A stretch of 64,000 bases of DNA, taken from contig JAYWIR010000003.1 in NCBI GenBank assembly GCA_036172245.1, positions 620,001 to 684,000 on the forward strand, given 5' to 3'. This stretch comes from Raillietiella orientalis. Taxonomy: Eukaryota. Every line of letters starts with the position of its first letter. Positions within the stretch are counted from its first letter, which is position 1. Under the pieces are notes generated by a model that saw only the letters and a list, made by a program, of their open reading frames with translations, had not been told where the DNA came from and did not search any database. Of this stretch, positions 10,801 through 25,101 are shown piece by piece. The translations under genes were made by a program, and so were the position numbers.

Positions 10801-13157
10801 TCCTCAAACAGGCCGTTTGCCCGAGTCACTGCGTGGGCGGGCGGGCGGTGCACACCTCTGCACCGTCTCCATATAGTGCGAGCACAGCGCGAAACCGATC
10901 TCCCATGGACCGGTTCTCTTCTTTTTCTCTTTTCTTATGTCGAACGGCCAAAGGGAAGTCTTGCGAACACAGTATCAATGCAGCAGCCTATGGCCCCGAA
11001 AGGAGGCTGATCAGAATGACTAATTTGTTTTCCTCCGAAATACCGATCCAACGAGTACATAGGGACCACTACGAGAAAGACGTGCGTGGACAAGATCCAC
11101 GCTGTGAGACGTTTGCTACAGAGCTGTGGTACTATGTATGAGACCCAACGTGCGTTAACAGGGGAAAAAAAGAGAAAAAATTAGAGCTGAGTAAAAAAAG
11201 AAAAATGGAGCCAGATGTTAATTAGAGTTAGCCATTTCCAGAATCAGATAAAGTAACTGAAATCTTCGAATGTAGCGAATAACTCCTTTGTAGTGTTCAT
11301 CCAAAACAGTCAATAAGACTTCAATTTTTTTTTTTTTTTTTCTTTTATTAGCTCTGCTTTTCTCAAATATAGCAATCAAATACCAGCGGATATTGCGTAG
11401 CAAAAAGTTGCTAACCAGTCCAAGTACTGATTTCCATGCAAGAACGGAATATGTGGAAGATGGAACTTCAACTCAACCAAGTTTCAAAAACAAATGTCGA
11501 TCCAGGAGGATTGATGGATTGCCAAAGTTTCGTCTCGGATTCCAAAAGGTTTTGCCCATGAGACGAAAGACTCGTGAAAACGAGCTGTTTCCGCGCCGGA
11601 TTCCAAGCAGTAAACTTCCAGTCAAAAGCACTGATGGGAGAGGAAGTTTCAAAGGCACCTTCCTACTGTCCTTCAGCATGGACAGCCCGGTCGCCCTAAC
11701 TGGTCGAAATGAGAAATGGAAATCAATGCTCTTACGATTCACGCTCGGCTTTTTGCTAAGCTCAATGCTGGAACGGCTGCTCAAATATGGGAGACGTGGC
11801 TGAAAATGCAATGGTGGAGTACGCGAAGACGAACTTTGTTGATTTGGTCAGTCGCCTGGCCAAGCTTCGCAAGCTGACGCTAGCCAAAGGGGATTTTGTC
11901 ATCTAACACATCTCCTCGGATCCACCCACCACCGTCGCGAGCCACAGAAAAGCAGAATCCATCACTGGACCGGAAGCATCCTGCATTACCATAGTGAAAC
12001 GGATGCTTTGTGGATTCCAACTGCAAGGGGTGCAAGAACAGCCTTGCTCCTTGCGATTCCCAGCTCACGCAAAAGCCGACAACAGTGCAAGTCGAACTAC
12101 GAACTGTTCTGAAGAAAAGGCTTCATGGGGGTATCAAAACGACCGAGTCGGGGGTACGCGATCTTGGCCCTACGGAAGCACCTTCCAGAACGGCGATTCC
12201 CCGCCGCCCCCCTTTATCAACGGAGCAGCACAAGAGGCTGGTGATGCCGATGATGATGGTGCGATTCAAGATCCAGGAATCTAGGGAGTGGAGAATGGAC
12301 AAATAAGATTGTGTAAGGCCAGCTTTTTCCTGTTTGGACTACCCTCGCAGTACATTCTGGGCATCCTGGGAAGACTTCTAGCAAATGAAGGGCTGGGGGT
12401 ATTTATGTATTCTGTGGGAGCTGCGATCCCAAGCTTTTTCTCGGCTGGGATATTCTTAACCGAACGTAAAAGTCCTTATTCCGGAGTGACTTTTCTTCTT
12501 CTCATTTGTTTGAAAACAAAAGAAGAAGAAAAGTTGCGGACGGTTACGACAAATTTCGTAACAGTTGGCGCGCACCCACGCACACGAGTCGGCCCAGCCA
12601 CACCTTCTGGTGTGGCCGCTGCAGGACACCCGCCGTTCCGCCTCGACACCACGGGTGCACAGTAAATGCCGAATCACAGCGCATCGCTCACTCGTGGTGT
12701 CCTCGTGGTTCCCCGCTCTGAAGCATTCACAGTTGTTGTGCTCGGTAAGGCCAAATGTCGAAATGGGCGGGCAACGACACACACGTGTATTATCATGGAA
12801 GCCCACCAAGCAAGCAAGCAAGCACTTTGACGCTGGAATGCACCAATGCTCATCCCCAGAGGAAACACGATCTGGTTCACCACTCACTAAAAATAACCGT
12901 GTCGCCGAGTGTCCCACACATCGGGTCGGGTTGGCGCCGCACCGGCTTGCCATGCGCCGACCTGCCTCCTTTCCCGAAGACGCATACGCCGATTTAATTG
13001 CCTCGAAGAAAAATGCACGTCCGTTTTCACGGCACGCATTCGTTTTCTGCTTGCCAAATCGATTTTTCTTTCAGATTCCTGTCGAAATTCTTGCATAACG
13101 AATCGACCAAGAGCGATAAAAATGAAGGAGAAAACGATGCGGCGCGCAGATCTCCCA

Positions 13158-16100
13158 TTAGTATCCCGGCAAAAAAGTTCTTTTGGGCTGTCCACACCGA
13201 GGCTTCATCAGGGGAGTCGATGAAAAGTGCTGCTCGGGAACGGTTTGCAGCAGCACCGGTGAACCCACTGCGTCGGGCACGGGTATGCGTGATGCATTCT
13301 CGAGTGCAGACGGCTCGTCGTCGTCGTCCTCATCTGTACCGACGCTCCTCCACAGATCTGCTACGTGCTGCTCGAATTGCGTTAGCGGCCCAGAATCACT
13401 CAAAAGGTCGGGGCATAAACGTTCTAACGGGAACGAATCGTACGGTTCGTTTTCTTGACTCCTTCTTAGTTTCTCCCATAGTCGTTTGCTAACGGACGAT
13501 CTTGTCATCCGGCAAGTGCTGTCGGCAGCCGACAAATCTGGAATTCACTGCTCAACCATCCATTCTATTAAGCTGCTCACCTCTCATTAGTGAATCTAAA
13601 TTCAGCAATCCGGTTGCAAGTGTGCGATTCTCAAATGTTTGGCAAGCCTCTTCACCCCACTCCTCAAAATACGCAAAACATTTTGAACTTCGTGAGCTGT
13701 GCGCGTCTTCTTGCTTTGATGCACGTTCATAAAGATTCAGGCAAAACAAGTCCCCAAAACCGTTCAGTAAAAAAACGTATACATGATGCAAGTGCATCAC
13801 AAGCTGTATACCGACCAATGCTTGAGACACACGAGCTTCCAAGAGTGGATCAAGCCAAAAGCCCTTTTGCTGAAGAAAGCGGAGCAGATGACGGTAAGAA
13901 TAAAGTCCTCTTGGAGGATGCAAACTGTACAAAGGGCCACTGCTTGCAACAAATGGAAAGCAAGCTGTCTGTTTGGGAGAATCAGCACACACAGTCAGCA
14001 TACACAGATCAGCGGTAAGCTGTGTACCCAACAAAAGAGTTTCTCGTTCATTAGAATCTTTGCTGGTAGTCAGATATGTTGGAGGTGTTTCCAGCATATG
14101 TTGCCATATAACAACAGGATGCTGCATCTGCCTCACATCCAGCATGCAACAACATGAATCAGTGCCAATATAAATGGAGTATGGAGCTGCCTTTCCAGGG
14201 GCTGCACAATACACTTCTGTTTCCTTTGTGAACAATTCTAGATCATCACAAGGTACAAATGAAGAGGTCACAGGATTGGTATTCTACAGATCGCTTAAAT
14301 CAATTCTAAAGCCATTGTATAACTGACTCTTAAATCAAGAATGTGAGCTGCACTCCTATCGCACTGCAATACAGCTCGTGGATGAGAGAGAAAGTGACAA
14401 CTGCACCAACGTTCCAATGTATCGTGCTTGGGGTGCACTTGTGCAGATATCGACACTTTGCCTTTATTTATGTCTATAATGCTCAGCGTGCCATCCTGAC
14501 ATACTTGGCACATTTCAGATTCTAAGAAAGGACTAGCATCCACAAAACTCAGAAGTTGAGAGCTCTTTGGTAGCCTATGGGCGCAAGCCACAAGATCCTC
14601 TTTGAGTTCAAACAGAACCAGCGAAGTCCGCTTCTCATGCTTGCATAAGCACATTGCTAATATAATACATATAGAGCATGGGATAGAAGCTGATGATTTA
14701 CCTGGGCGTTCTGGTCGACTGGCTATTTGGTAGATCTTCTTTCCCTTTGCTGCGGATAACGGATGAAGTCTGAAACCATTCTGAAGTTGGAGCATCTCAT
14801 CCTTGTGTTCCTGTTTAGCCAAACTTACACATTCTAACAGCTTCATAGGTAACTAATCATATTTACTAGGTTATTTTACCTAGCCGACTCAAATTCGTAC
14901 TGTTTGACAACAGAAGATGCGACTCTCCACCAATAGAAACCACAGAAAGGTTGCCAGCATGCAAAGTATTACAAATCTGTAAAACAAATTTCCAATTTAT
15001 GCTTAGTGAACTTTTCAATGAAATACTTTTTTTCGTTTGCTAAGTACTCAAGAACCATTGACCTCCTAAGGAGGGGAGGGGCTCTCAAAGCTCTTTAAAC
15101 ACTGCCCCAAAGGGAGCAGCACATTTCTTACAATCTGGAGAGACAGCCCCACTAGGGGTTGTCAAACAGCATCATTTTCCCAACCATAGGGGAGCACCAA
15201 AAGGAATCAGCTCCTGGATTCCTGGAAGGACCTTAGTAGCTAAACTTCCAATCCCAGCCAGTCAATGGGGACATCTGGTTTCCAGATTCCACTAATGCCA
15301 CACCTGAAGTCTATATGCCAACAAGCATCATCCTGCAGGGGACACTTGAAACCCACAATGTATCCATTTCTCAGCATTGATCATGTACAGGTACTGGAAC
15401 CTGCAACACTTGGTGCCAAGTGCAGGACCAGAGACACACAGCTACCAATACATGCCACAAACCACATTTTTTATTATGCAAAGTGATCAACCATAGCCCC
15501 AAGTCCTCATTGATATTTTTCTCTTATGTATCATATCCACAATTACTATTTTGCCTCCTCCTATTTTCAAAATAGTGGAAATTCGAAAAAGGAATAAGTA
15601 TCAAAGAAAATTCATAAGCTATTTTCAAAGCTAGTAGTACAGTTTGTTGCCTCCATTTCAGAAATTTTCCTCATTTTAAAATCAGCTTACCAGAAAAAAC
15701 AAAGTTGAAGCTTATCTTTGAAGCTCATCAACTCTGATGGATTTAATAATTATTTGATAACATTAGGGAAAAATTTATGTAATATTAAGCAAGTGTCCTG
15801 GTTATTGTTGGTTATGACTTCATTCCCATATTGCAATGCAATTGCAGTTCACTTTGATCTTAGCCAAAAGGCCAAGAAGCGAGTCATAATTACAGAAGCA
15901 TCAACTACAAATGAATAACTGTGGTTGCCTAAAATTCACCAACTACATTTATGATTATTTTAAAAAAAAAAAAAAATCCAACAATGCACCTTTGTAAGAA
16001 AATGAACAGAAAGTTAGTCATGAATTAGTAACACCTCTAATTATTGTGGATTTATTAACAACATCACCAAATACCTTACAGTGGACTCTTATTAATTGCA

Positions 16101-17290
16101 TACTGAAATCAAAAGCCTGTGAAAGTGAAAGTGATCAATGGACTGTTGTACTGTTAATTGTTGTAAATGTGTTGTTGTTTTGTGAAGTTGTGAAGTTGCT
16201 AAATAAATTCACCCACCACGAGTTGGAATGGGGAAAACTGAAATCAAAAGAAAACTTGACTAACTCTGTTAGAATACACATCAGAGTACACAACAACTGA
16301 TGCCATTAGAATGTCCTATATTCTAATGAAATCAGTTGTTTTCTTTAGGTTTCGTTTCTTGGCATTACAAAGTTTTTTAGAATAACAAAGTAGTCAAACA
16401 TAACATGAAACAATGAAATAGAAATAGCACACAATAACGAAAGTATTTTATGAGGCTTCTGAATTCTTTGTATGTAATTATAATCAAATACGAAACCTTA
16501 TGAATAAGTAAAACCCAAACAATACTTTCAACAGAAATTTCGTTTTCTTTTTTTTTTTGATATTTTTGGGATATTACATGTAACTTAACCATGGATTATA
16601 ATATTTTAATCTTGAAAACTACTATTGCCACACTAGAAACACACATCCTTAATGCAGACAAAGAAATAAAAAAAATAAAGATTACTTATAAAAATAGAAA
16701 ATAAAACTGTTATTTACTTGGAAACTGCCAATTTCAGGAATCCCTGGAGTTCGCTTTATAAGTTGAAAGATATAATTTGGTACAGTCAGAGAATTCCCAG
16801 AATTGTTTTCATGTGCTAACTTCTTAATTGTTTTCAAAACATCACCACCATTTTTGCTAAATGTTCCTGATTTCAAGCTTCCAATGTATGCTTCCCAGGC
16901 CCACCATTGCTCAATGGCTAATTGAAAATTCTTAAAATTGCCTATAAAAACATTTTCATTAACTCAAGGTCCAACCGCAAAGATATGAAATCAGTTGGCT
17001 TCAGGATTTAAAAATTCTAACTGAAACCCTATACTTATTTAGAATTGAATACCTTTCGCGGGTGGCAGGCAGGGATATGGAAAACCCGGGAATCCACCTT
17101 TAAATGAGTAGGGAAAGGCACTTTCCTTTCCACGAAAGGAAAAAAAGCTGCAAGAATCATCATTAAACACAGGAATGACTCCACTTCTAGCAACATCCGC
17201 GTTGTTGATAACGAAAGATTGTAAGAGTTTATGGTAACGAAGTGCTTCACGATCCGCATTTCTCCAGTAAGACGGTAATAAGTGTGCCAT
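13158..17290 (-). CDS. TAF1C: TAF1C/Rrn6-like RNA polymerase I SL1 (TIF-IB) subunit C, about 700 aa
   Basis: Motifs resembling TAF1C/Rrn6 as I recall them: WCSCHFLSHPRAVLQCDRSAAHILDLR, MLDVRQMQHPVVIWQHMLETPP, FLLNGFGDLF, and a basic C-terminal ...PKRTFLPGY stop (family ends in ...GF). Phase-consistent exons 17290-17053, 16941-16718, 14976-14880, 14833-14702, 14656-14328, 14283-13581, 13537-13158 (2,103 nt, divisible by 3). The first two exons are linked by splice phase only. No database search was run. Confidence 0.75.
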
Positions 17291-19431
17291 CCCCTAAGCT
17301 TCCCCTTAAGTTCAACGAAATCCTGGACTTATGCCCAACAAAGTGCTTCAGAGTTCTCTGACATGGACGATGTGTACCCACATATCGAGGGCACACATTG
17401 CATTAGCAGTGACAAGAGGGCACACGGATGGCACACGAAGCTAAGTCCAATAAAATGCCTCCTGGAATTTCTGTCTGTCCAAGTTTGTCCGATGGATTAC
17501 ACTCCAGTATTCGTATCTTTTAACGACGTGCACTGATTCACAAAGATCAACACAGCACAATTCGAATCGCTATAGAAATGCTGACGTAACATAGGGTTTT
17601 TGGCTAATACACTCAACGTAGAAAACGATAAAATAATTTCGGTATTTCCCTTGACAAAATTGGAGTTGCAACATTTCTTGCCTGCGACTTGCACCGAGCC
17701 AGCGAACACGTGCTGCGATACCAAACGTCACACGCCAAAGTTTTATGCCTGCCTTTTATAAACGATGTACAAGGGGTTTCAACCAAAGACTGGGAAATTC
17801 TCCGTGATTTTGCTGATAATGTGAAGCTTACGAAAAGTGATGGCTTTAGAGCAAAGTATGGATATGTAAAATTTAGATTATTTCTAATGGGAAACGTGGG
17901 GAGGGGGGGATTAAAAATCTTGAAATGCATTATTGTTAGAGGTAAGGAGACGATAGAAAAAGTTGATCCGTACATCCAAACTGCTGCCCTATTTTTCGAA
18001 TGCAGGCTAAAGTTTCTCTACAGAAAAGCACACTAAACTCTCGTCCTTGGATCCGTCCAGTAAAAGTTAATATAACTGTTCTAATTCTCCATGAAATAAA
18101 GTCGAAGCTCACATTTCCGTAGAATAGAGTAAACAGAGTTCGAACAATTGGAATATAACCACATCATCACGGCCATAAGTTATCACCATATGATCGCCAT
18201 CATAAGTATTGCTGCAATGAAAGTCTTTTTCGTGTGTGGTTGGCTTGATAGATTCTTACATTCGTATGTTTTCAACTTACAAAATGATTTGGGTACATGA
18301 GCTTACGCCTCATAACGATTGAGACAAGTGAAAAAATGAAAATTCAGATTTGAACATGATTCAGCCTTGTAAAATCGGGTTTTCGAATCCTGTACACTCT
18401 TTTTCCCAACAATACAATTATGGAAGGAAAATTCATGATAGTAAATTACTAACAATTTGTACTCAAAAGAAAACCAGACAAAAATGGCTTTGCCTCTGCT
18501 TACTTTTCGAAGCTCGAAAGTCGAGCAATGGCTGCAAGCAAGAAGCAAATGCACACAACTTTCATCTTTAGTTCCTTAATTCGTTGAATTGCCCATGGGT
18601 TTATGGATCTTGAATAAAGACAGCATAACTTTTCATTCGAGTGTTAATTATCTGAACAACCTGAGTTTCCAAGTTAAAAAATCGGTGCAATTGGAAACAT
18701 TCCGGTCATATACTTCATTTCAAAAGATGACGACTTCTCTTGTCCGCTCTTTCACTGCAATTAACTTGAATTTTGTCCGTGATTTTGATTCTATTACAGT
18801 TCTTGATCAGGCTTGAATGAAATACTTGACTGCTGATCAAATTGTCTTCGTACTGTTCACTCCGTTCGGAGATTGGCTTTTGCTGGCTGCACACCAAAAT
18901 GATTGAAATCATTCAAAAGATGTAGGATTCCAAGAAAACTGAAAGTTGAAGATCACTTTGACGAACTGCTTGAATCATATGTTTGCCACTGACAATCAGA
19001 CCACTTAACTGGGAAAACAAGAGCTGACAGGGATGATGTGCAAATTTCCCAAGGTGCATGATCTACGGGTATCTTGGAAAACTGAAACTTCAGGAGTATT
19101 TTTGCAATAGTGAGCTTCATCATGGTTGTGATGTAAATTGGAATGTAAACATGCACTTATAAATATGTTATTTTATTATGTAAGTACATTTGAAAACTTA
19201 CAGGAAAAACCCTACTTGTTGCTCAACACGGCCTAAACCATTGCGAACGCCAATCGAGTTCTTCTAGTGTCTTCCCTTGTTATATTGCCTCCTACCACAT
19301 CTAATGATTTAAGTACTAACTCGCATCCATTACAATCAAATCTATTCTGTATAAAATTGAAAATAAAAAACACAAGCAAAAGAGTCTACAGGAACAGTTA
19401 AAATAACCACCGATCATTACTGATGGAATCC

Positions 19432-19437
19432 TTTATT
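19432..19437 (-). promoter_or_regulatory. Candidate polyadenylation signal (AATAAA) of DDX19
   Basis: TTTATT on + strand about 265 nt past the stop. Confidence 0.5.
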
Positions 19438-19700
19438 AACACTTTACAAACTCGTTACTTTCTGTAAACCAGTTCTCATTTTGTTCACGATACATTGTTT
19501 GCAAGTAGATCTATCAGTTACTGAAGAGATACATTATATCTTCCAAAGCACTTGAATCATCCCCTTTATGAGTATTGTACTTCTATGTAGAATCCTCAGT
19601 TATTTAAACCACTTTGAAAGACATCTGCTCAATACACAAGCCTGCTGAACTATCAAGCAGAAATGGGAACAGTTTACAATTTTCTTTGAATAAAGAAAAC

Positions 19701-21881
19701 TCAGTCCCAGTTCAGTTTCTCAACATCATCTCCATCATCTGCATCAAGCTTGTCAATTGTACGACCTTCAAATATGTGTGTCTTAATCCTATTCCAAAAC
19801 ATACTTACCAAAATGTTCTTGAATTTGCTGGAGGATGTGCATGCTTCTTACCCCATCTACCAAGTTAATAGCAAGACCAGCCTTGCCAAATCGTCCTGTT
19901 CGACCAATGCGATGCAGGTACGTTTCACAATCTGCTTTTCCTGACATGTCAACAGGTAAATCAAAATTGATAACAATGGTCACTTGTTCGATATCAATTC
20001 CACGACTCAATACGTTTGTTGTCAACAGTACTTTCTCCTTTCCTTCTCGAAATCTATTGAGGACTGCTATTCTTTGATCTACTGATAAATCACCAGATAG
20101 TAAGGCTACTGCATGACCATCTTGACTCATTTTTGAAGACAACCAGGATGCAGTTCTCCTTGTCTGTTGAAGATTGCCTATACAATCGGCTATTAATGCT
20201 CTCAAGCCCTACTTGGCAGAAAATCATGGCTTGGCCAATAGTAACTGTGCCATAGATATTGGCAATGGCTTTGTATTTGTCATCTTGATTTTTGCAAACT
20301 ACATAATATTGCTTAATATTATCCAAGCTCTCTTCTTCTCGTCGCAATCTTATGATCACCGGATTGGGAATAATAAGCTCAGCAAAATCCATAACATTTG
20401 CATCATAAGTGGCAGAAAACAACAACATTTGACATTTTGGGTTGAGGTTCCTCAAAAAAATTATGGATCCTGATTTCATAAGATGAACTTACTTATGAAT
20501 ACGAATACTTTGATCCTGATGTCCTTGTGTAGCAATCATTACATCAGCTTCATCCAAAATGAAAATGCAAATTTTTTTTAGATCAAAGAATCTATACTTG
20601 AGACCCCAGTCCAGCATTTTGCCTGGAGTCCCAATTAAAACATGCTCTTCTAACTGAGTATTACGAAGAACTAAAAAATCTCCAAGTAACTACTCAGAAA
20701 ACCAAATGAATATTTTACGTTCTTCTCCTTTAACAGCATATCGGATTCTGATTCTCGTGTATTTCGCCATTTTTTTAACAGTTTCCCCTGTCTGCAGTGC
20801 CAATTCATATGTGGGGCACAAACAAATAGCCTACCAAAATTCTGCAGGACATAAAATATGTAATTATCACCTGTGGGTAATTGTTATCTTGATCCACACG
20901 ACTAAGCATTGCTAGAACAAAAGCTGCAGTTTTTCCTGTACCTGACTGACTCTGTGCAATTATATTTTGAGGTCTAGTGCAGAAACCTTGAAAATTATTT
21001 ACACAGTATACACAAGACTTACGGATCAACAAGCAATGTTGGTAAAGCAGTTTCTTGAATTTTTGAAGGGGTATTGAAACCCATTTCATACACCCCTTTC
21101 AATAATTCAGGTCTCCTATGGAAAAATATATATATGTATATACATGACAATTTTGTTCACTCATCTTACAAATTGAGTTCCTCAAAGGATTTGACAGAAT
21201 ACAGTGGACTGGTTGGATCCCTTTGTTGCACTTCAACATCAGTTTTAGAACCGACTAGCCGAGTACGAATGACTTTTTGTAACAAAGATTTTTCTGCTGG
21301 ACTGATTTCGTCATCATTATTGGAAGCATCTAATGCATCTGATGCATGGAAGGAGTCTCCTAGGATATGCATTGAATTCAGCTAAAACCAAACAAAAAAA
21401 GGTCATTTGAATTATTTTAATTTTAATGCAGTCTTGACTTTGCATAAGCAATATGGAGGTTTCATTACTATAGCATTTTTTTTTTAAAAAAAAAACCTTA
21501 AGCATTCTGAACGTTCTCCATTCACGTCATTATAGAGGTTCCCCAAAGACATTACTTGCAAGTGAATTAAGCTTGCTACATCCGAGAAAAAAATTGCTAG
21601 ACAAAAATTTCCACTGAAAGAAAAAACTTTGTCTTTCAAATGCCTCTATTAACTGTTAAAATAAAATCAGAAATATTAAAAAAAAAAAAAGAAAAAAAAA
21701 CTCCTTATACCAGTAAACTAAAATAGAAATATTCCTAAATAAACACGACATACACTTCAAAACTTATAAGGTTCGGCAAGCAACCAGAGTTTGATCCCAA
21801 GATAATAAACAATGATACCTTTCTAAGGAGTTTCTTCTCTTGATCACTTGCGGTCTTCCCCCAATCCAAATCCGTAGCCAT
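19701..21881 (-). CDS. DDX19: ATP-dependent DEAD-box RNA helicase DDX19/DDX25 (Dbp5), mRNA export; about 472 aa
   Basis: Family-diagnostic [67 protein letters not shown]; stop TGA. Exons 21881-21819, 21381-21170, 21115-21023, 20973-20871, 20830-20719, 20670-20493, 20450-20213, 20163-19809, 19765-19701. The start of exon 2 is the least certain boundary. Confidence 0.96.
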
Positions 21882-22250
21882 TGCAAAGTAACAATATTCA
21901 TACAAAAACACCGTAAAACTGGAAAGTATTCACGCATCAACTGTATGTAATTTATTAATTTATAAATCCTTTACTTTACATACGTAACCTTGGTCAGCAA
22001 GCACTACATTGAGTTTGAAACACATCATTTTCGACGCATGCATGCTTTGACAGGATAACACACGGACAGAGAACTACAGCAATTAAATATACCCGAATAC
22101 CGATAAACATCGAATATTATAACCACGCAATAAATTATGGTACCAAACCATTTATTTCATACTGAAATTCAAGATGTTTTTGTGAGTTTCTTCTATTAAT
22201 TTTGATTTCTATGTCCATACCAAATACGTGAGCACGTGCGAGTATCTTTT
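21882..22250. promoter_or_regulatory. DDX19 5' region, possibly a bidirectional promoter
   Basis: Local CpG recovery upstream of the ATG; plus-strand splice signals begin at 22182. Confidence 0.35.
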
Positions 22251-25095
22251 CGAAGATGCTTATTCCTTATTTTTGTTTTTGTAGAAGATCAAGATAAGGC
22301 ACATTAGTTCCTAATGAAATTTTCAGAGTTAATCATGACACAATGTAATGAACTTAGACACATTGGTACACTTCATCCTCATCCTATCCCCTCTTTATTC
22401 AATTTGTCATTCTTCATAGCGCTAAACATTTGAAAAATTACTTAGGGAGTTTATAAAGAGGCCTATGACGAGCCTCTGGTTTGTCACAAGAATGCACCTT
22501 TTGTTTGTAATGTCAGTGAAATCAAGTATGTAAAGTTGCTATGCATGCTTTATTCGTTCTTTTTACTGTGGAATTTTTTCTTTTTCTTCCCTACCCTTCC
22601 CTCTTTTTCCCCCTTTTCATTCTTTCTTCCCTACAAATAATACTGTTCACAGTACTTATGTACTTGAGAATTATCTAATAATACCCCCACTTATTCACGA
22701 TGTTTCACATGTTTCGAGTCATAATCATGTAATGGCACTAAATTAATGTGAAAATGTAAAATATAGTACCTTCGGAATGTATCCCAAGGTGCACCATAAT
22801 GTGGTAGACGATAAAGACTGCACGACGTAATATTTTTCTTAATGAATTAAAAAAAAAGAACAAAATAGTTGGATGCATATTCATTTCCAAAGCGGTTGGT
22901 TCTCTCCCAAAGACTTGTTATGTACGATTGCTTAAAATTTGCTGAAAACCTTGGCACCAGTGATGTACAACATGTTTTACCGGAATGTCTTCGAGAACAT
23001 TCTCCCGGATTATAAAGCATTGAAATGACAAGTTTTATAGGAATATTGTCACGTTAGATTTGTAGCAGTTTTAAGTGATTAATAATAGTGTTATCATCAC
23101 TGACGGAATTGTACTTATGCACATTAACTTGTTCACCCACACTTCTATTTCGTTACTCATACATTGAATTACTCTGTTTACCGTTTGATTTAAACGATTG
23201 CCACGCGGAATCAAAACACCTTGTTCTTGTAGAGTTGCAGCTGCTGCTGTCTGGTTTTAGACATAAAACTGCGTGGGACACGAAATAAGTACGTGAAAGA
23301 AAAGAGTAGCATTACCCTATTAGGACGCACGCAGAACTTGATTGTTTCTGATTTGACATCCGGTTTTGTACTTCTGTTCCTCTACTTTTGGAAGAGCACT
23401 TGAGTACATTAAATAAAGACACTAATTAAAGGATTACATTATGCTATGAGAGCATTGTGTATGAGCGCTTCAACCTGGTTAAAAAAAAATCAAAGCATCT
23501 TTATTCTGAATTGCTTTCTAGTGAACTTGTAGCAATTCCTTGAGGTTACGGAATTACTATTTCGTTGCAAAAACTCCTATGTTTCGTGTCACATGTATTC
23601 TGATGCAAAACAAACCATCCTTCGACTTCCTTTTGTGATTTCTCTATGAAACGTAATCATTTCTGGAAGAATTTATTTCTTTAATCACATGGATTTCTTG
23701 ATAATTTAGTGGTCTGCCCAGAACATGATTTTTTTTCTTCCCCCTTTTTCGATATTTCGAGAAAACTCATCTCGAAAATCAACTGACCAAAAATTCAAAA
23801 TGATAGGTGTTTCGTTGAACACCTAGGAGCGGAGCATAGTCTTTCAAGTCTAAAACGGATTTCAGCATGTATCAGGTACATTAATGTTTTAGAGACTTAA
23901 GAATGTTAGTTATAGCAGTTGCATGTATGCCAGTTTATACGTAGAGCTGCTATTCCATCAGGCAATGCTAAGAATCTGTGGCACACATGTTTTCATCATT
24001 TTCCCAGTCGTTCAGATAAACTATTGAGTGATTATTTGGAAATTGCATTTTTCATTCTTCAAAAGATCATGGTAGGTGGTAAGTTACTGACTGTTGAAAA
24101 TGTGGTCAGCTAGGCATTAAGGTTTTGTCTTGCTTGCTTTTAAAAAAATTCAAAATGAAAACTCGAAACAAATAGGAATTCTTCTCATTAATGGCCTGTA
24201 ACTGGAAGGAAATGACTTGAAATCGTCTGTTGTATATAACCATGAAGAGTATTATTTAAACTGTTGCGTTTGTCCTTCAAAAGTAAGGCTGAAAAGAATG
24301 ATAAGCTGTTAACTGAGGCACAATTAGATGCATAAACCAATTGCCAGAAAGATTTCTACATAAAGAATCTTAGAATTCTGTGGTTAAAAGTTCACAAATA
24401 ATAAATGTAAGAATTGTTTTCTCCTAGTATGTGTAGGACTTCACATTGTTTTGAACTGTTTCAAGATTTATGATTTTGATAAGCGAATTTTTTATTGTTT
24501 GTGAAATGTTGGAACATCTGGATACTCAGAAGCATTATGGTATGAAGGTATACAATTAACCCTGTTTGGAATTATTGGATTTGTTTGTTTTTTTTGGCTT
24601 TCTAGGAATAAACATGAAAACAAAGGTGTCATACTTTTTCTCAGAACTGTTTACAATTAGGTGTTTTATCGGAAATTTGCAGTTCTAAAAAAGTACTCTT
24701 TGTACTGACAAAAATATAGTTTAAGTCGCAGAATTTTCACCCAGGATGTAGAAATAAGAACTTGTATCTAAAAGGAATTTGAAGTATAGTTGCTATGAGG
24801 TCGAACTGTAGAAGCAGCTGCAAATCATTTTTGCAGTGTTCCCTGTTGATGAGAATAAAATTTTCAACACTAGATGCAATTTTTTTTTTTTGTATGCAGA
24901 ACTTAATGAGCATTAAAGTTATACATATGTAAAATAAACATGCTGTCCCAAAGCAAACTGCTTACATTACAAATGACATCCATTTAAAACAGCTTTGTGC
25001 TTTGCTTTCATAAAACCCTATAACTATTCATGACAAATATTCTTTTGAGATACGCAAAGTTTCAAAGAGCAAATCATTTTGGCAAAAGGCTGTAA

Positions 25096-25101
25096 TTTAT
25101 T
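25096..25101 (-). promoter_or_regulatory. Candidate polyadenylation signal (AATAAA) of COPA
   Basis: TTTATT on + strand about 140 nt past the stop. Confidence 0.55.

Noticed and set aside
17689..19156. Short ORFs between TAF1C and DDX19 (17689-18036 +, 18953-19156 -)
   Set aside because: Multiple stops in all frames, no recognisable motif and no coherent exon chain.
22960..23030. Possible C/D or H/ACA snoRNA (TGATGT plus a small hairpin)
   Set aside because: No properly placed D box or terminal stem, and no second hairpin with H/ACA boxes.
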